Source: Acidobacteriota bacterium (GTDB taxonomy: Bacteria; Acidobacteriota; UBA6911; RPQK01; JADFOI01). Taken from it: a stretch of 64,000 bases of DNA. A model generated the notes under the pieces. The model was not told the origin of the DNA, searched no databases, and saw only the letters and a list, made by a program, of their open reading frames with translations. This document shows, one piece after another, positions 30,951 through 39,556 of this stretch. A program made the translations under genes and the position numbers. The stretch's first letter is position 1. Every line of letters starts with the position of its first letter. Location: contig OY760074.1 in NCBI GenBank assembly GCA_963663035.1, positions 3,328,001-3,392,000 of the forward strand, in the 5' to 3' direction.

Positions 30951-31424
30951 ATGCGACAGCTGATCCAGGTGAGAGTTAATGGGCAAATGTACGAGGAAGA
31001 AGTTGAGCCGCGGATGCTTCTTTCCTTTTTCCTCAGAGAGGGCATTGGACTGACCGGAACCCACGTGGGCTGCGTGGTGGGAGAATGCGGTGCCTGCTCT
31101 ATTCTCCTGGATGGCCGGCTGGTCAAGTCGTGTCTGCTTCTGGCCGTACAGGCCCATGGGAGAGAGATCACCACGGTGGAGGGTTTGGCAGGAAAGGAAG
31201 CCTTGCATCCCATCCAGGAGGCCTTCGTGAAGAACTACGCTCTTCAGTGTGGCTACTGTACATCGGGAATGCTCCTGGCCAGCCACTACCTGCTCACCAG
31301 AAAACCCGATTCCAGCGAGGAAGAGATCCGACGGGGACTGGCAGGCAATCTGTGTATGTGTACCGGTTACACCCAGATTGTCGACGCGGTAAAGGAAGCG
31401 GGGAGGGAGTATAAAAAGGAATGA
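30951..31424 (+). CDS. 2Fe-2S subunit of a xanthine-dehydrogenase-family molybdoenzyme (CoxS-like)
   Basis: GCVVGECGAC, KSC, QCGYC, GNLCMCTGY. Confidence 0.95.
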   Translation: MRQLIQVRVNGQMYEEEVEPRMLLSFFLREGIGLTGTHVGCVVGECGACSILLDGRLVKSCLLLAVQAHGREITTVEGLAGKEALHPIQEAFVKNYALQCGYCTSGMLLASHYLLTRKPDSSEEEIRRGLAGNLCMCTGYTQIVDAVKEAGREYKKE

Positions 31425-33853
31425 GTCAGACAAAATACATCGGGAAAAGGATTCGGAGTAAAGAGGGGCCGCGCCATGTGAGTGGTGGCGGACAATTCAC
31501 CGATGACATGACTCTTCCCGGGATGCTGCATGCGGTCATCCTGCGCAGCTCTTTTGCCCATGCTCGGATTGGTGACATTGATTCGCGTGCAGCCCTGGAG
31601 GTCCCCGGTGTAGTGGCCGTTCTCACCGGGAAGGAGGTCAAGGAAATATCGCGTCCCTTTAAGCCGGGTCGCTATTCAGCCGGTCTCAAGACGCCGATTC
31701 CTGAGTTTGCCACTGCCATGGAGAAGGTTCGCTATGTGGGAGAGCCGCTTGCCATGGTGGCAGCTCGCAGTCGTGCTGCGGCCGAGGACGCTCTGGACCT
31801 CATCTCTGTGGAATACGAACCTCTGCCGGCGGTCGTGGACCCCTGGCAAGCGATGGAACCGACCGCATCTGTCCTCTTCGAGGAGCTGGGCTCCAACATT
31901 GCCTGGGCGGGAGCAGTCTCTTACGGGGATGTGGATGAGGCCTTTCGATCGGCGGATCAGATTGTGAAGGAAAAACTGAAAACGCATCGCTACAGCTCGA
32001 CGCCACTGGAGAACCTGGCTTGCCTCTCATCCTTTGACAAAGCCAGTCGCAAGTTGAAGGTTTGGTGCAATGGCCAGAACCCGCAGGTCATCTACGATGC
32101 CCTGGGGGAGGCCCTGAGCCTGAAGGATTACCGGGTGATCATACCCGACATTGGGGGAGGCTTCGGGCAGAAGATCCACTTGATTCGCAAGTACGTGGTT
32201 TTGACCAGCCTGATGTCTGTGAAGACGGGTAGGCCCGTCAAGTGGATTGAAGACCGCAGTGAGCACATGATGGCTGCGGGTCAGTCCTGTGGTATGGAGT
32301 TTGATATCGAGGCAGCGGTTAAAAACGACGGAACCGTTCTGGGCTTGAAAATCAAAGAGGTTGATGACGTTGGGGGATCCGTTAGCACCCTCACCATTCA
32401 TTTCACCAATAAACTGAATAACCTGTTCAGTACCTACAAGGTCAAAAACCTCCGGCTTGAGGGCCGCTCCGTAGTGACCAACAAATGTCCTGTGGTCCCC
32501 AACCGCGGCATTGGCAAGCCGAGTATGTGTTTCATCTGGGAACGCGTGATGGATCGAATCGCCAAGGAGCTGGGGAAGAGTCCAGTAGAGGTGCGTTCAC
32601 AGAATTTAGTTCCGGCCGGTGAGTTTCCCTATTCAGCTCCCAACGGCAATCTTTACGACAGCGGGGATTATCAAACACTGTTAGAGAAGGCCCTCAAGAA
32701 ACTGGATTACGACAACCTGAGGGAAGAGCTGCGGCAGGAGAGAGAGAAGGGAAGGTACCGGGGCGTCGGAGTCGTCATCGGGCTAGAACCGGGGGGGAGA
32801 AACGCGGCCCGCGATATGGCAATCTTCCCCAATGTGAAAGAGCTGCCCGGGGCGGGCGGAGTGGAAGGTGCCACCATCAAGCTGGAAAGAAACGGAAGTA
32901 TAACCGTTTTTCTGGGTGCGCCCAGCTGTGGCCAATTTCACGAAACCACTACCGCTCAAATCGTGGCAGAACTTCTCGGTATTGTACCTGAGCACATCAG
33001 TGTCGCCAGCCGCTTTGACAGCGAGGTTTCCCCTTGGGGGATTGGTTCATCCAATACCGGCAACAACTTTCATCTTTACGATATCGGTGCCGTACATGGT
33101 GCTGCCCTGAGACTTCGCGAGAAAATTCTCGAGCTCTCGGCCCATGTGCTCAAAAGCCCTAAGGAGAAACTGACCATCCAGGAAGGCGTGGTCAGTGCCG
33201 ACCACTCGTCCGATAACCAGGTAAGCTTCGCTCAACTGGGCCGAATAGCCTATAGCAATCAATCTCTTATTCCGGAAGAACTGGAGGGTGGGCTGCAGAC
33301 CACTTTTTTTTACAAGTTTCCTCATGCCCAGCCCTTCATGGTCCCGGACAAACAGGGTCGCGTGAGAGCTCAGTTTACCTTCTCGGCAGCGGCCCACGCA
33401 GCGGTGGTGGAAGTCGACCCGGAGACGGGCCGGGTGAAGGTTGAGCGCTACATCATCGTGAGCGACAATGGCACCATGATCAACCCGGATGTGGTGGACG
33501 GGCAGATCTACGGATCGGTCGCCCATGGAATTTCGGTGGCTCTGGGGGAGGGCTTTGTCTACGATTCAGAGGGACAGTTGCTCACTATTACCCTGACCGA
33601 TTACACCAAGCCAACCACCTGTGAGACGCCCCGGGTCGAAATCGAACACAGCCCGGTGCCCTCTCCCTTTTCTGTCTTGGGACAAAAGGCAGCCGGGGAA
33701 GGGGCCGCTATCCCCTCTCCAGCAGCCATCGCCAGTGCCGTGGAGGATGCCTTGCAGCCTCTGGGGATCAGGATCCGGGAACTCCCTCTTTCACCCGAGG
33801 TGGTGTGGCGTCTCATGAATGAGAGTAAAAAAGGGGAAGCTGAGTCTCCCTAG
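31421..33853 (+). CDS. Molybdopterin-binding large subunit, xanthine dehydrogenase family (CoxL-like, not true CODH)
   Basis: HAVILRS.FAHARI, VRYVGEP, IGGGFGQK, active-site loop PNRGIGKP, DNGTMINP..VDGQ, KAAGEG. Confidence 0.92.
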   Translation: MSQTKYIGKRIRSKEGPRHVSGGGQFTDDMTLPGMLHAVILRSSFAHARIGDIDSRAALEVPGVVAVLTGKEVKEISRPFKPGRYSAGLKTPIPEFATAMEKVRYVGEPLAMVAARSRAAAEDALDLISVEYEPLPAVVDPWQAMEPTASVLFEELGSNIAWAGAVSYGDVDEAFRSADQIVKEKLKTHRYSSTPLENLACLSSFDKASRKLKVWCNGQNPQVIYDALGEALSLKDYRVIIPDIGGGFGQKIHLIRKYVVLTSLMSVKTGRPVKWIEDRSEHMMAAGQSCGMEFDIEAAVKNDGTVLGLKIKEVDDVGGSVSTLTIHFTNKLNNLFSTYKVKNLRLEGRSVVTNKCPVVPNRGIGKPSMCFIWERVMDRIAKELGKSPVEVRSQNLVPAGEFPYSAPNGNLYDSGDYQTLLEKALKKLDYDNLREELRQEREKGRYRGVGVVIGLEPGGRNAARDMAIFPNVKELPGAGGVEGATIKLERNGSITVFLGAPSCGQFHETTTAQIVAELLGIVPEHISVASRFDSEVSPWGIGSSNTGNNFHLYDIGAVHGAALRLREKILELSAHVLKSPKEKLTIQEGVVSADHSSDNQVSFAQLGRIAYSNQSLIPEELEGGLQTTFFYKFPHAQPFMVPDKQGRVRAQFTFSAAAHAAVVEVDPETGRVKVERYIIVSDNGTMINPDVVDGQIYGSVAHGISVALGEGFVYDSEGQLLTITLTDYTKPTTCETPRVEIEHSPVPSPFSVLGQKAAGEGAAIPSPAAIASAVEDALQPLGIRIRELPLSPEVVWRLMNESKKGEAESP

Positions 33854-33876
33854 CACGAAACGAGTGGAGGTTTTCC

Positions 33877-35601
33877 ATGAGTAAAGTGTCACTTCGAGTG
33901 TTTTTATTTCTGATTCTTGTCGCCGTACCCCGTTCGGGGTTCTCTCAGAGCACGGGAGCCGCCCTTTCCCTGCAGGATCTGCCGCCGGAAGTACTGGCTT
34001 ATCCCCAAACCATCCTCTTCGGGGGAAAGATCTTGACTGTGGATGACCGGTTCTCGATGGTGCAGGCCCTGGCCATCCGAGGGGAGCGGATCTTGGCGGT
34101 GGGTGATGATGCCCGGATCTTGAAGATGGTGGGGCCTGACACAGAGAAAATCGATCTTCAAGGGAAAACAGTGATTCCCGGCTTGATCGACACCCATTAT
34201 CACCTGGGTGACTATGTGCTGCGCCACATGTTGTTGGAAGAGAAGGGAATCCAGTGGGAGGGAACGGTCGAGAAGCTGGGCGTTCTTTGGAAAGATGCCG
34301 ATCAGGCGCTTCGCGACATCAAACAAGCTGTGGAAGCTGCAAGTCCTGGCGAACTGGTGCGGGTCCCCAGTCGGAATGCCGGTGTGCTGAGAGGTGTCTC
34401 CATGAATCAGCTGGATGCCATCTCGTCGGACAATCCGGTGGTGATTGTCTCTGCCTCTCAGCTGCGACCGGCCGCAGCTAATACCCCGGCCATCGAATGG
34501 GCCAAAATTTCCGGCGAGACACCCGGCCTGCCCACTGATGGCACTGTGATGATTTCTGGCGAGGCGGCCAGGGCACTGGCGGAGTACGTGATCCGGGATA
34601 TTTCGCCGGAGAGGGTGATCTCCTGGAGTAAGAGAGTCATGAAGCTGGTCAATAGCTGGGGCTTGACCATGGCGGTAACGCGCATCGCCCCCGATCAGTT
34701 CAATACTCTGCGGGAAATCTGGCTGCAGGATGAGCTGACAGTCCGGTGGCGGGTGGGCTTTCCGGGTCCTCTGAATATCCCCCAAACGGGAAATGTGAGT
34801 GATATTGGAGACGACTGGCTGCGCATCTCCGGTGCGGGCGGCGGCATGGCCGTGCCTGGGAGCAACGATGCCATGGGTCACTGGTCCTCCAAATTACCGC
34901 CCACCAGTGAGGAGATTTCCGGTTGGCCAGAGAGACGCAGGCAGATTCTGGAGACTCTGCGTTACGGCTGGAGTACGCCCAACAGCCACATCAAAGGGGA
35001 TATTGCGGTACGCGTGATTCTGGATGTCATCCAGGAAGCGCAGCGCGATCCGATTGTGACCAGCTCCAATCAACGATTTACCATGGACCATCTGGAAGAG
35101 GTCAATGAGGAGGATATTCCTCGCATGAAGCAGCTGGAAGTCATTCCCAGCAGCATGATGAAGGATATCTTTTCCGACCAGCACTCGGAAGGATCCTCCG
35201 CCTATCAGGCCGCTTTTGGTGCCGACTACGTCAACAGGATGTTGCCCATTTCATCCTATCTGGAAGCTGGACTTCAGCCCACCGTGGAAGGCGACATGGG
35301 TGATGAGATGCTGGGCAGACCCCTTTGGACCGTGGAGAAGGCAGTGTGCCGCTGTGTGGAGGGGTCCACACGCATTTGGGGCAGGGATCAGAAGGTTTCG
35401 CGCCAGGATGCCCTGCGCATGAAGACCATCTGGGCAGCGGCTTACGTGGGAGACCAGAGCCGGGCTGGGAGTCTGGAACCGGGGAAGTGGGCAGACCTGG
35501 TAGTCCTGGATGGGGATTATATGAGTGTGCCGGAGGATCAGATTGCTGACCTGCCGGTGGTGCTCACCATCGTGGGAGGAAAGACCGTCTACTCGCGCTA
35601 G
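33877..35601 (+). CDS. Secreted amidohydrolase family 3 (YtcJ-like), paralog 1
   Basis: Signal peptide; IDLQGKTVIPGLIDTHYH, HIKGD, DH, GSLEPGKWADLVVL. Confidence 0.88.
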   Translation: MSKVSLRVFLFLILVAVPRSGFSQSTGAALSLQDLPPEVLAYPQTILFGGKILTVDDRFSMVQALAIRGERILAVGDDARILKMVGPDTEKIDLQGKTVIPGLIDTHYHLGDYVLRHMLLEEKGIQWEGTVEKLGVLWKDADQALRDIKQAVEAASPGELVRVPSRNAGVLRGVSMNQLDAISSDNPVVIVSASQLRPAAANTPAIEWAKISGETPGLPTDGTVMISGEAARALAEYVIRDISPERVISWSKRVMKLVNSWGLTMAVTRIAPDQFNTLREIWLQDELTVRWRVGFPGPLNIPQTGNVSDIGDDWLRISGAGGGMAVPGSNDAMGHWSSKLPPTSEEISGWPERRRQILETLRYGWSTPNSHIKGDIAVRVILDVIQEAQRDPIVTSSNQRFTMDHLEEVNEEDIPRMKQLEVIPSSMMKDIFSDQHSEGSSAYQAAFGADYVNRMLPISSYLEAGLQPTVEGDMGDEMLGRPLWTVEKAVCRCVEGSTRIWGRDQKVSRQDALRMKTIWAAAYVGDQSRAGSLEPGKWADLVVLDGDYMSVPEDQIADLPVVLTIVGGKTVYSR

Positions 35602-35624
35602 CCGGGATTATGCATAATCCCGGC
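35601..35624. repeat. Perfect 24-bp palindrome resembling two fused IS1380 ends
   Basis: GCCGGGATTATGCATAATCCCGGC directly after CTAG; compare IS end CCGGGATTATTCATAA. Confidence 0.75.
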
Positions 35625-35638
35625 AATAGCTGATGCAA

Positions 35639-35732
35639 TTCAAAAATTTGTTGAATTATTCAGAAAATTGAACCGCCCGGGAACCACGGCTGCTGAAAAC
35701 AAAGGAGTTAGGTCAGTGGCACAGATCTTGCT
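35639..35732 (+). promoter_or_regulatory. Palindromic upstream site plus sigma54 promoter, copy 1
   Basis: TTCAA-N7-TTGAA-TTA-TTCAG-N4-TTGAA (35639-35672), a 44-nt gap, then TGGCACAGATCTTGCT (35717-35732), matching TGGCAC-N5-TTGC. Confidence 0.85.
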
Positions 35733-35811
35733 ATTATTCCACCTAAGTAATAATGACCGATTCAATTAAAGTTCAAAATTCAACAAATAATCAAAAAGCT
35801 TTAGATTTCGC

Positions 35812-35840
35812 TTGAAGTGTATTGCAGTTTAGATTCTAAT
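35812..35840 (+). promoter_or_regulatory. Sigma70-like promoter, copy 1
   Basis: TTGAAG-17 bp-TCTAAT; hexamers and spacing conserved in all three receptor leaders while the spacer varies. Confidence 0.6.
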
Positions 35841-35952
35841 AAGGCTCAAAGGTAGGGAGAGAACTTTTTTCATTATCTTTCTTAAATTGCGAGATTTTGC
35901 ATCGCAGGTTTTAAATCATTTCGAACTCTTACCAAAGGGAGAAGGAGTTTCC

Positions 35953-38900
35953 ATGTCTAAAAAATTGCTAGGACTATTTGTCATCCTGTTGGCGGCAGTT
36001 ATCTGCAGCCCGTCCGTCTTGGGACAGTCGACTGCAGGTATCTTTGGAGTTGTCCAGGATCTGACCGGTGCCGTGCTGCCGGGGGTCGAGGTGACGGTCA
36101 CCCATGTTGACACCCAGAGGACCAGGGTGATCATTTCCGATGATGAGGGCAGATACCGCGCCTTGAATTTGAATGTGGGAACTTATGAAGTCGAGGCCAG
36201 CCTGCCTGGCTTTCAAACATCGGCCAGGACTGGAATCGTGCTGAGCATCGGCCGCCAAGCTGTGGTCGACTTTACCCTGAGCGTGGGAGAGATCACCGAG
36301 CGGGTGACCGTAACCGGGGAGGCCCCCTTGATTGAGACCAGCTCGGGAAGCCTGGGGGATCTGGTGGACCGTCGAACGGTTCTTGAGCTTCCCCTCAACG
36401 GCCGTGACCTGACCGATCTGCTGACGCTGCAGGCGGGAACCGCCAATGTCTCCACAGCCAACTCGAACAACGCCAGCCGGGGCTTCAGCCAGAAGGTCAG
36501 TATTTCCGGATCTCGTCCCAACGACGTCTCGGTTTTGCTGGACGGAACGGATGTCAAGGGCCTGGACCAGAGTGTTCCTGCAGGTGTCTCGGGTAATTTT
36601 ATCGGTGCCGAAGCCATCCAGGAGTTCAAGATCGAAAGAAACGCTTACAGTGCCGCCTTTGGAGGGGCTTCAGGAGGCGTCATCAACGTGGTCAGCAAGG
36701 CGGGCAGCAACGTGTTTCATGGCTCCGTCTATGAATTTCACCGCAACGACAATATGGACTCCGCCGCTTTCCGCGCCGCTGAGAAGGGAGAATTCAAGCG
36801 CAATCAGTACGGCTTCAGTCTAGGAGGCCCCGTCATAGAGAATAGGACTTTCTTCTTCTTCAATTTCGAAGGCCTGAAAGAGCGGTTGAGCCTGGCGTCC
36901 TTCCGCGAGGTTCCCACCCTGGACGCGCGGAATGGCATTCTGCCCAGCGGACCGGTGGCGAATGTAGACCCGTTGGTTCTTCCCTACTTCGACCTTTTCC
37001 CCTTGCCCTCAGCGGGAGCAGAGGACCTGGGAAATGGGATCACGAGAGAAGCGATCACGAAGTCCCGGCCCACCGACGAAGACTTCTATCAGGTTCGAGT
37101 CGATCACCAAATCTCCGACTCAGACTCCATCTTTGTGCGCTTTACCTATCAGGACTCCGAGCGGATTACCCCCCAAAACATTCCGCAGTGGTCTCTTAAG
37201 GACTTCACCACCAATCGGTTTTCGACCATCGAGCAACAGCATATCTTCTCGCCTCAATTCCTGAACACCTTTCGCTTTGGGTTCAACCGCCGGGGAGTCG
37301 GGTCGGCAGGTTTTGAAGACCCCCTCAGCGACACCAGCCTTCGCTTCGTTCCCCTCTCGGTCTGGAGAGCACCGCTGGGTGCCGAATATGTTCAGGGTGC
37401 CGTCAATATTTCGGACCTTGACCTGGTGGGGTTGGGCCGGGGCTGGGCGGATCGCAAGACCAACAGCTTTGAATATATGGACGACCTGGTCTACCAGCGG
37501 GGCCAGCACTCCCTGAAGTTCGGGTTCACCTGGCGTCGAATTCAGCTCAACGGCGACAGCCCCTCACGTGCTGGGGGAGAATTTAGCTTTGACGGCCTCA
37601 CTGAGTTTCTGCAGAACTCACCCAGCCGATTTCGAGGCGACGTTGCAGCTGCTTCCATTAGCATTCGGGGACTTCGCATGAACACAGCCGGCTGGTACAT
37701 CCAGGATGACTGGCAGGTTTCTCCCCAACTCACCGTGAACCTGGGCTTCCGGCACGAGTTTTACACGGTGCCTTATGAGGTCAACGGCCTGCTGGCCGGC
37801 TTACGGGATCCTTTGAACGACACTGAAGTCACATACAATGCACTGCTGACCCCCGACGAGGCCTGGTTTAACAATCCTTCAAAGGCAAGTCTCATGCCTC
37901 GAGTCGGCCTGGCCTGGGATCCCACCGGATCGGGCAAGACCGCCCTGCGGGCCGGCCTCGGACTCTTTTACAATCACATCCAACCGGATACTTTCCGGCG
38001 GGCCATCTTTCGCACCCAACCCCACGCTTTGGAGTCGCAGGCTCGAGGCTCATCCATCAGGTCGGGTTGCATCGACGAAGCCGGGAACCCTGGTGCGTCT
38101 TGCTTTCCCGGATTTCGTATTTTTGACGCCATCAATTCCGGTGGCTTTGGGGACTTCGACCTTCAACTTTTTCCCTTTGACTATATGCGAAACCCCCATA
38201 CCTGGCAGTGGAATCTAAACGTCCAGAGAGAAATTCTTCCCGGAACCGGGCTGACGGTAGGCTATGCCGGCACTCGAGGCCTCAACCAGATGCACCAGAC
38301 CAACTTAAACGCTCCTACGGCCACTGTCGTCAATGGGCGCCTGACCTTTCCAGCGGGTACTGAGGTGCCCAATCAGGCCTTTGACAACCTGGGTCTGCTC
38401 AGCCAGGAGGCCTCCACCGATTCCTATTACCATGCCCTGCAAACGGGTCTTCAGCGTCGCTTTCAAGCCGGCTGGCAGCTGCAGGTCTCCTACACCTTTT
38501 CCAGAGCCGTGGATGAGGCCTCTCAGATCAATAGCGCCTTTACAAACGACGCCGGCGGCGTCAGCTATTACCCCGATCCCGACCTGCGCAGAGGCCTGGC
38601 GGCCTATCATGTGGCTAATGTTTTCACCGCCAGCAGCGTCATGGAGCTTCCCTTTGGGCCGGGCCGGGCATTTGGGAACAACCTGAGCGGGGTGGCCGCA
38701 AAGCTTCTGGGCGGCTGGCAGATGGGCGCCATTTTGAAGCTGGCGGATGGGCCAGCGGTTACTGTCTCAGTTCAAGGCGACCGCGATATATCAGATCTGA
38801 ATATCGGTGGTCAAACTCCGGATCTGGCTCCAGGTGCCAGTACCAGTCCGGTCTTGGGAGGTGCCGATCAATACTTTGACACCTCGGCTTTTATTTTCCC

Positions 38901-39177
38901 TCCCGATAATACCCTTGGTACTGTAGGACGAAATACCTTGATCGGACCCGGTTTGGCCAGTTTAGACTTTTCCCTGATCAAAAAGACCCGGGTGGGAGAA
39001 ACGGTGACGGTGGAGTTTCGGAGCGAATTTTTTAACATCTTCAACCGGCCCAACCTCGCTTTGCCGGATACGGGTGTCTTTAGAAGGTCGGGCTCGCGAG
39101 ATTCGGACGCCGGGCGTATTGAGAATACAACCACCAAGATGCGCGAGATTCAGTTCGGCTTGAGAATCGTCTTCTAA
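35953..39177 (+). CDS. TonB-dependent receptor (Oar-like, carboxypeptidase-regulatory-like N-domain), copy 1
   Basis: Signal peptide, GAVLPGVEVT, LPLNGRD, AIQEFKIE, GGVINVVSK.G.N.FHGS.YEFHRN, YIQDDWQ, C-terminal QFGLRIVF. Start at ATG 35953 with SD AAGGAG. Confidence 0.93.
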   Translation: MSKKLLGLFVILLAAVICSPSVLGQSTAGIFGVVQDLTGAVLPGVEVTVTHVDTQRTRVIISDDEGRYRALNLNVGTYEVEASLPGFQTSARTGIVLSIGRQAVVDFTLSVGEITERVTVTGEAPLIETSSGSLGDLVDRRTVLELPLNGRDLTDLLTLQAGTANVSTANSNNASRGFSQKVSISGSRPNDVSVLLDGTDVKGLDQSVPAGVSGNFIGAEAIQEFKIERNAYSAAFGGASGGVINVVSKAGSNVFHGSVYEFHRNDNMDSAAFRAAEKGEFKRNQYGFSLGGPVIENRTFFFFNFEGLKERLSLASFREVPTLDARNGILPSGPVANVDPLVLPYFDLFPLPSAGAEDLGNGITREAITKSRPTDEDFYQVRVDHQISDSDSIFVRFTYQDSERITPQNIPQWSLKDFTTNRFSTIEQQHIFSPQFLNTFRFGFNRRGVGSAGFEDPLSDTSLRFVPLSVWRAPLGAEYVQGAVNISDLDLVGLGRGWADRKTNSFEYMDDLVYQRGQHSLKFGFTWRRIQLNGDSPSRAGGEFSFDGLTEFLQNSPSRFRGDVAAASISIRGLRMNTAGWYIQDDWQVSPQLTVNLGFRHEFYTVPYEVNGLLAGLRDPLNDTEVTYNALLTPDEAWFNNPSKASLMPRVGLAWDPTGSGKTALRAGLGLFYNHIQPDTFRRAIFRTQPHALESQARGSSIRSGCIDEAGNPGASCFPGFRIFDAINSGGFGDFDLQLFPFDYMRNPHTWQWNLNVQREILPGTGLTVGYAGTRGLNQMHQTNLNAPTATVVNGRLTFPAGTEVPNQAFDNLGLLSQEASTDSYYHALQTGLQRRFQAGWQLQVSYTFSRAVDEASQINSAFTNDAGGVSYYPDPDLRRGLAAYHVANVFTASSVMELPFGPGRAFGNNLSGVAAKLLGGWQMGAILKLADGPAVTVSVQGDRDISDLNIGGQTPDLAPGASTSPVLGGADQYFDTSAFIFPPDNTLGTVGRNTLIGPGLASLDFSLIKKTRVGETVTVEFRSEFFNIFNRPNLALPDTGVFRRSGSRDSDAGRIENTTTKMREIQFGLRIVF

Positions 39178-39205
39178 GAGAACTCGGGCTAATTTCAGCA
39201 GCGAA

Positions 39206-39240
39206 AAGTGCCCCCTGAAGCCTGGCTTCAGGGGGCACTT
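39206..39240 (+). terminator. GC-rich hairpin (probable terminator), copy 1
   Basis: AAGTGCCCCCTGAAGC-CTG-GCTTCAGGGGGCACTT; weak T-tract. Confidence 0.75.
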
Positions 39241-39273
39241 GCAGTTTTGCACCCACCTCAGGCGCCGTTGCGA

Positions 39274-39367
39274 TTCAAAAAATAGTTGAATTATTCAAAA
39301 AATTGAACCGCCCGGGAGAGAGGGCTGCTGAAAACAAAGGAGTTAGTTCATTGGCACAGATCTTGCT
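39274..39367 (+). promoter_or_regulatory. Palindromic upstream site plus sigma54 promoter, copy 2
   Basis: 34-bp site at 39274-39307, a 44-nt gap, TGGCACAGATCTTGCT at 39352-39367. Confidence 0.85.
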
Positions 39368-39416
39368 ATCTGTGCCAATGAGAGGTTAAAAAAAGTTAAG
39401 AAACATGAGATTTAAC

Positions 39417-39445
39417 TTGAACTCTGGTTTCACTTGGTTTCTAAT
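39417..39445 (+). promoter_or_regulatory. Sigma70-like promoter, copy 2
   Basis: TTGAAC-17 bp-TCTAAT. Confidence 0.6.
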
Positions 39446-39556
39446 GGGGCTCAGAAAAGGCACGAAAAGGCACAATAATCTTTGACTTCATTCATTTTTA
39501 AGTTTTGTGTAGCAAGTTTCAGAACATTTCAACTCTTAACTCATTAAGGAGTTTCC

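Noticed and set aside
31421-33853. Aerobic CO dehydrogenase assignment for either large subunit
   Set aside because: Neither has AYxCSFR or AYxGAGR.
35841-35952. Cobalamin/TPP riboswitch or Fur box upstream of the receptors
   Set aside because: No recognisable riboswitch core or GATAATGATAATCATTATC-like box; the leaders are simply AT-rich.
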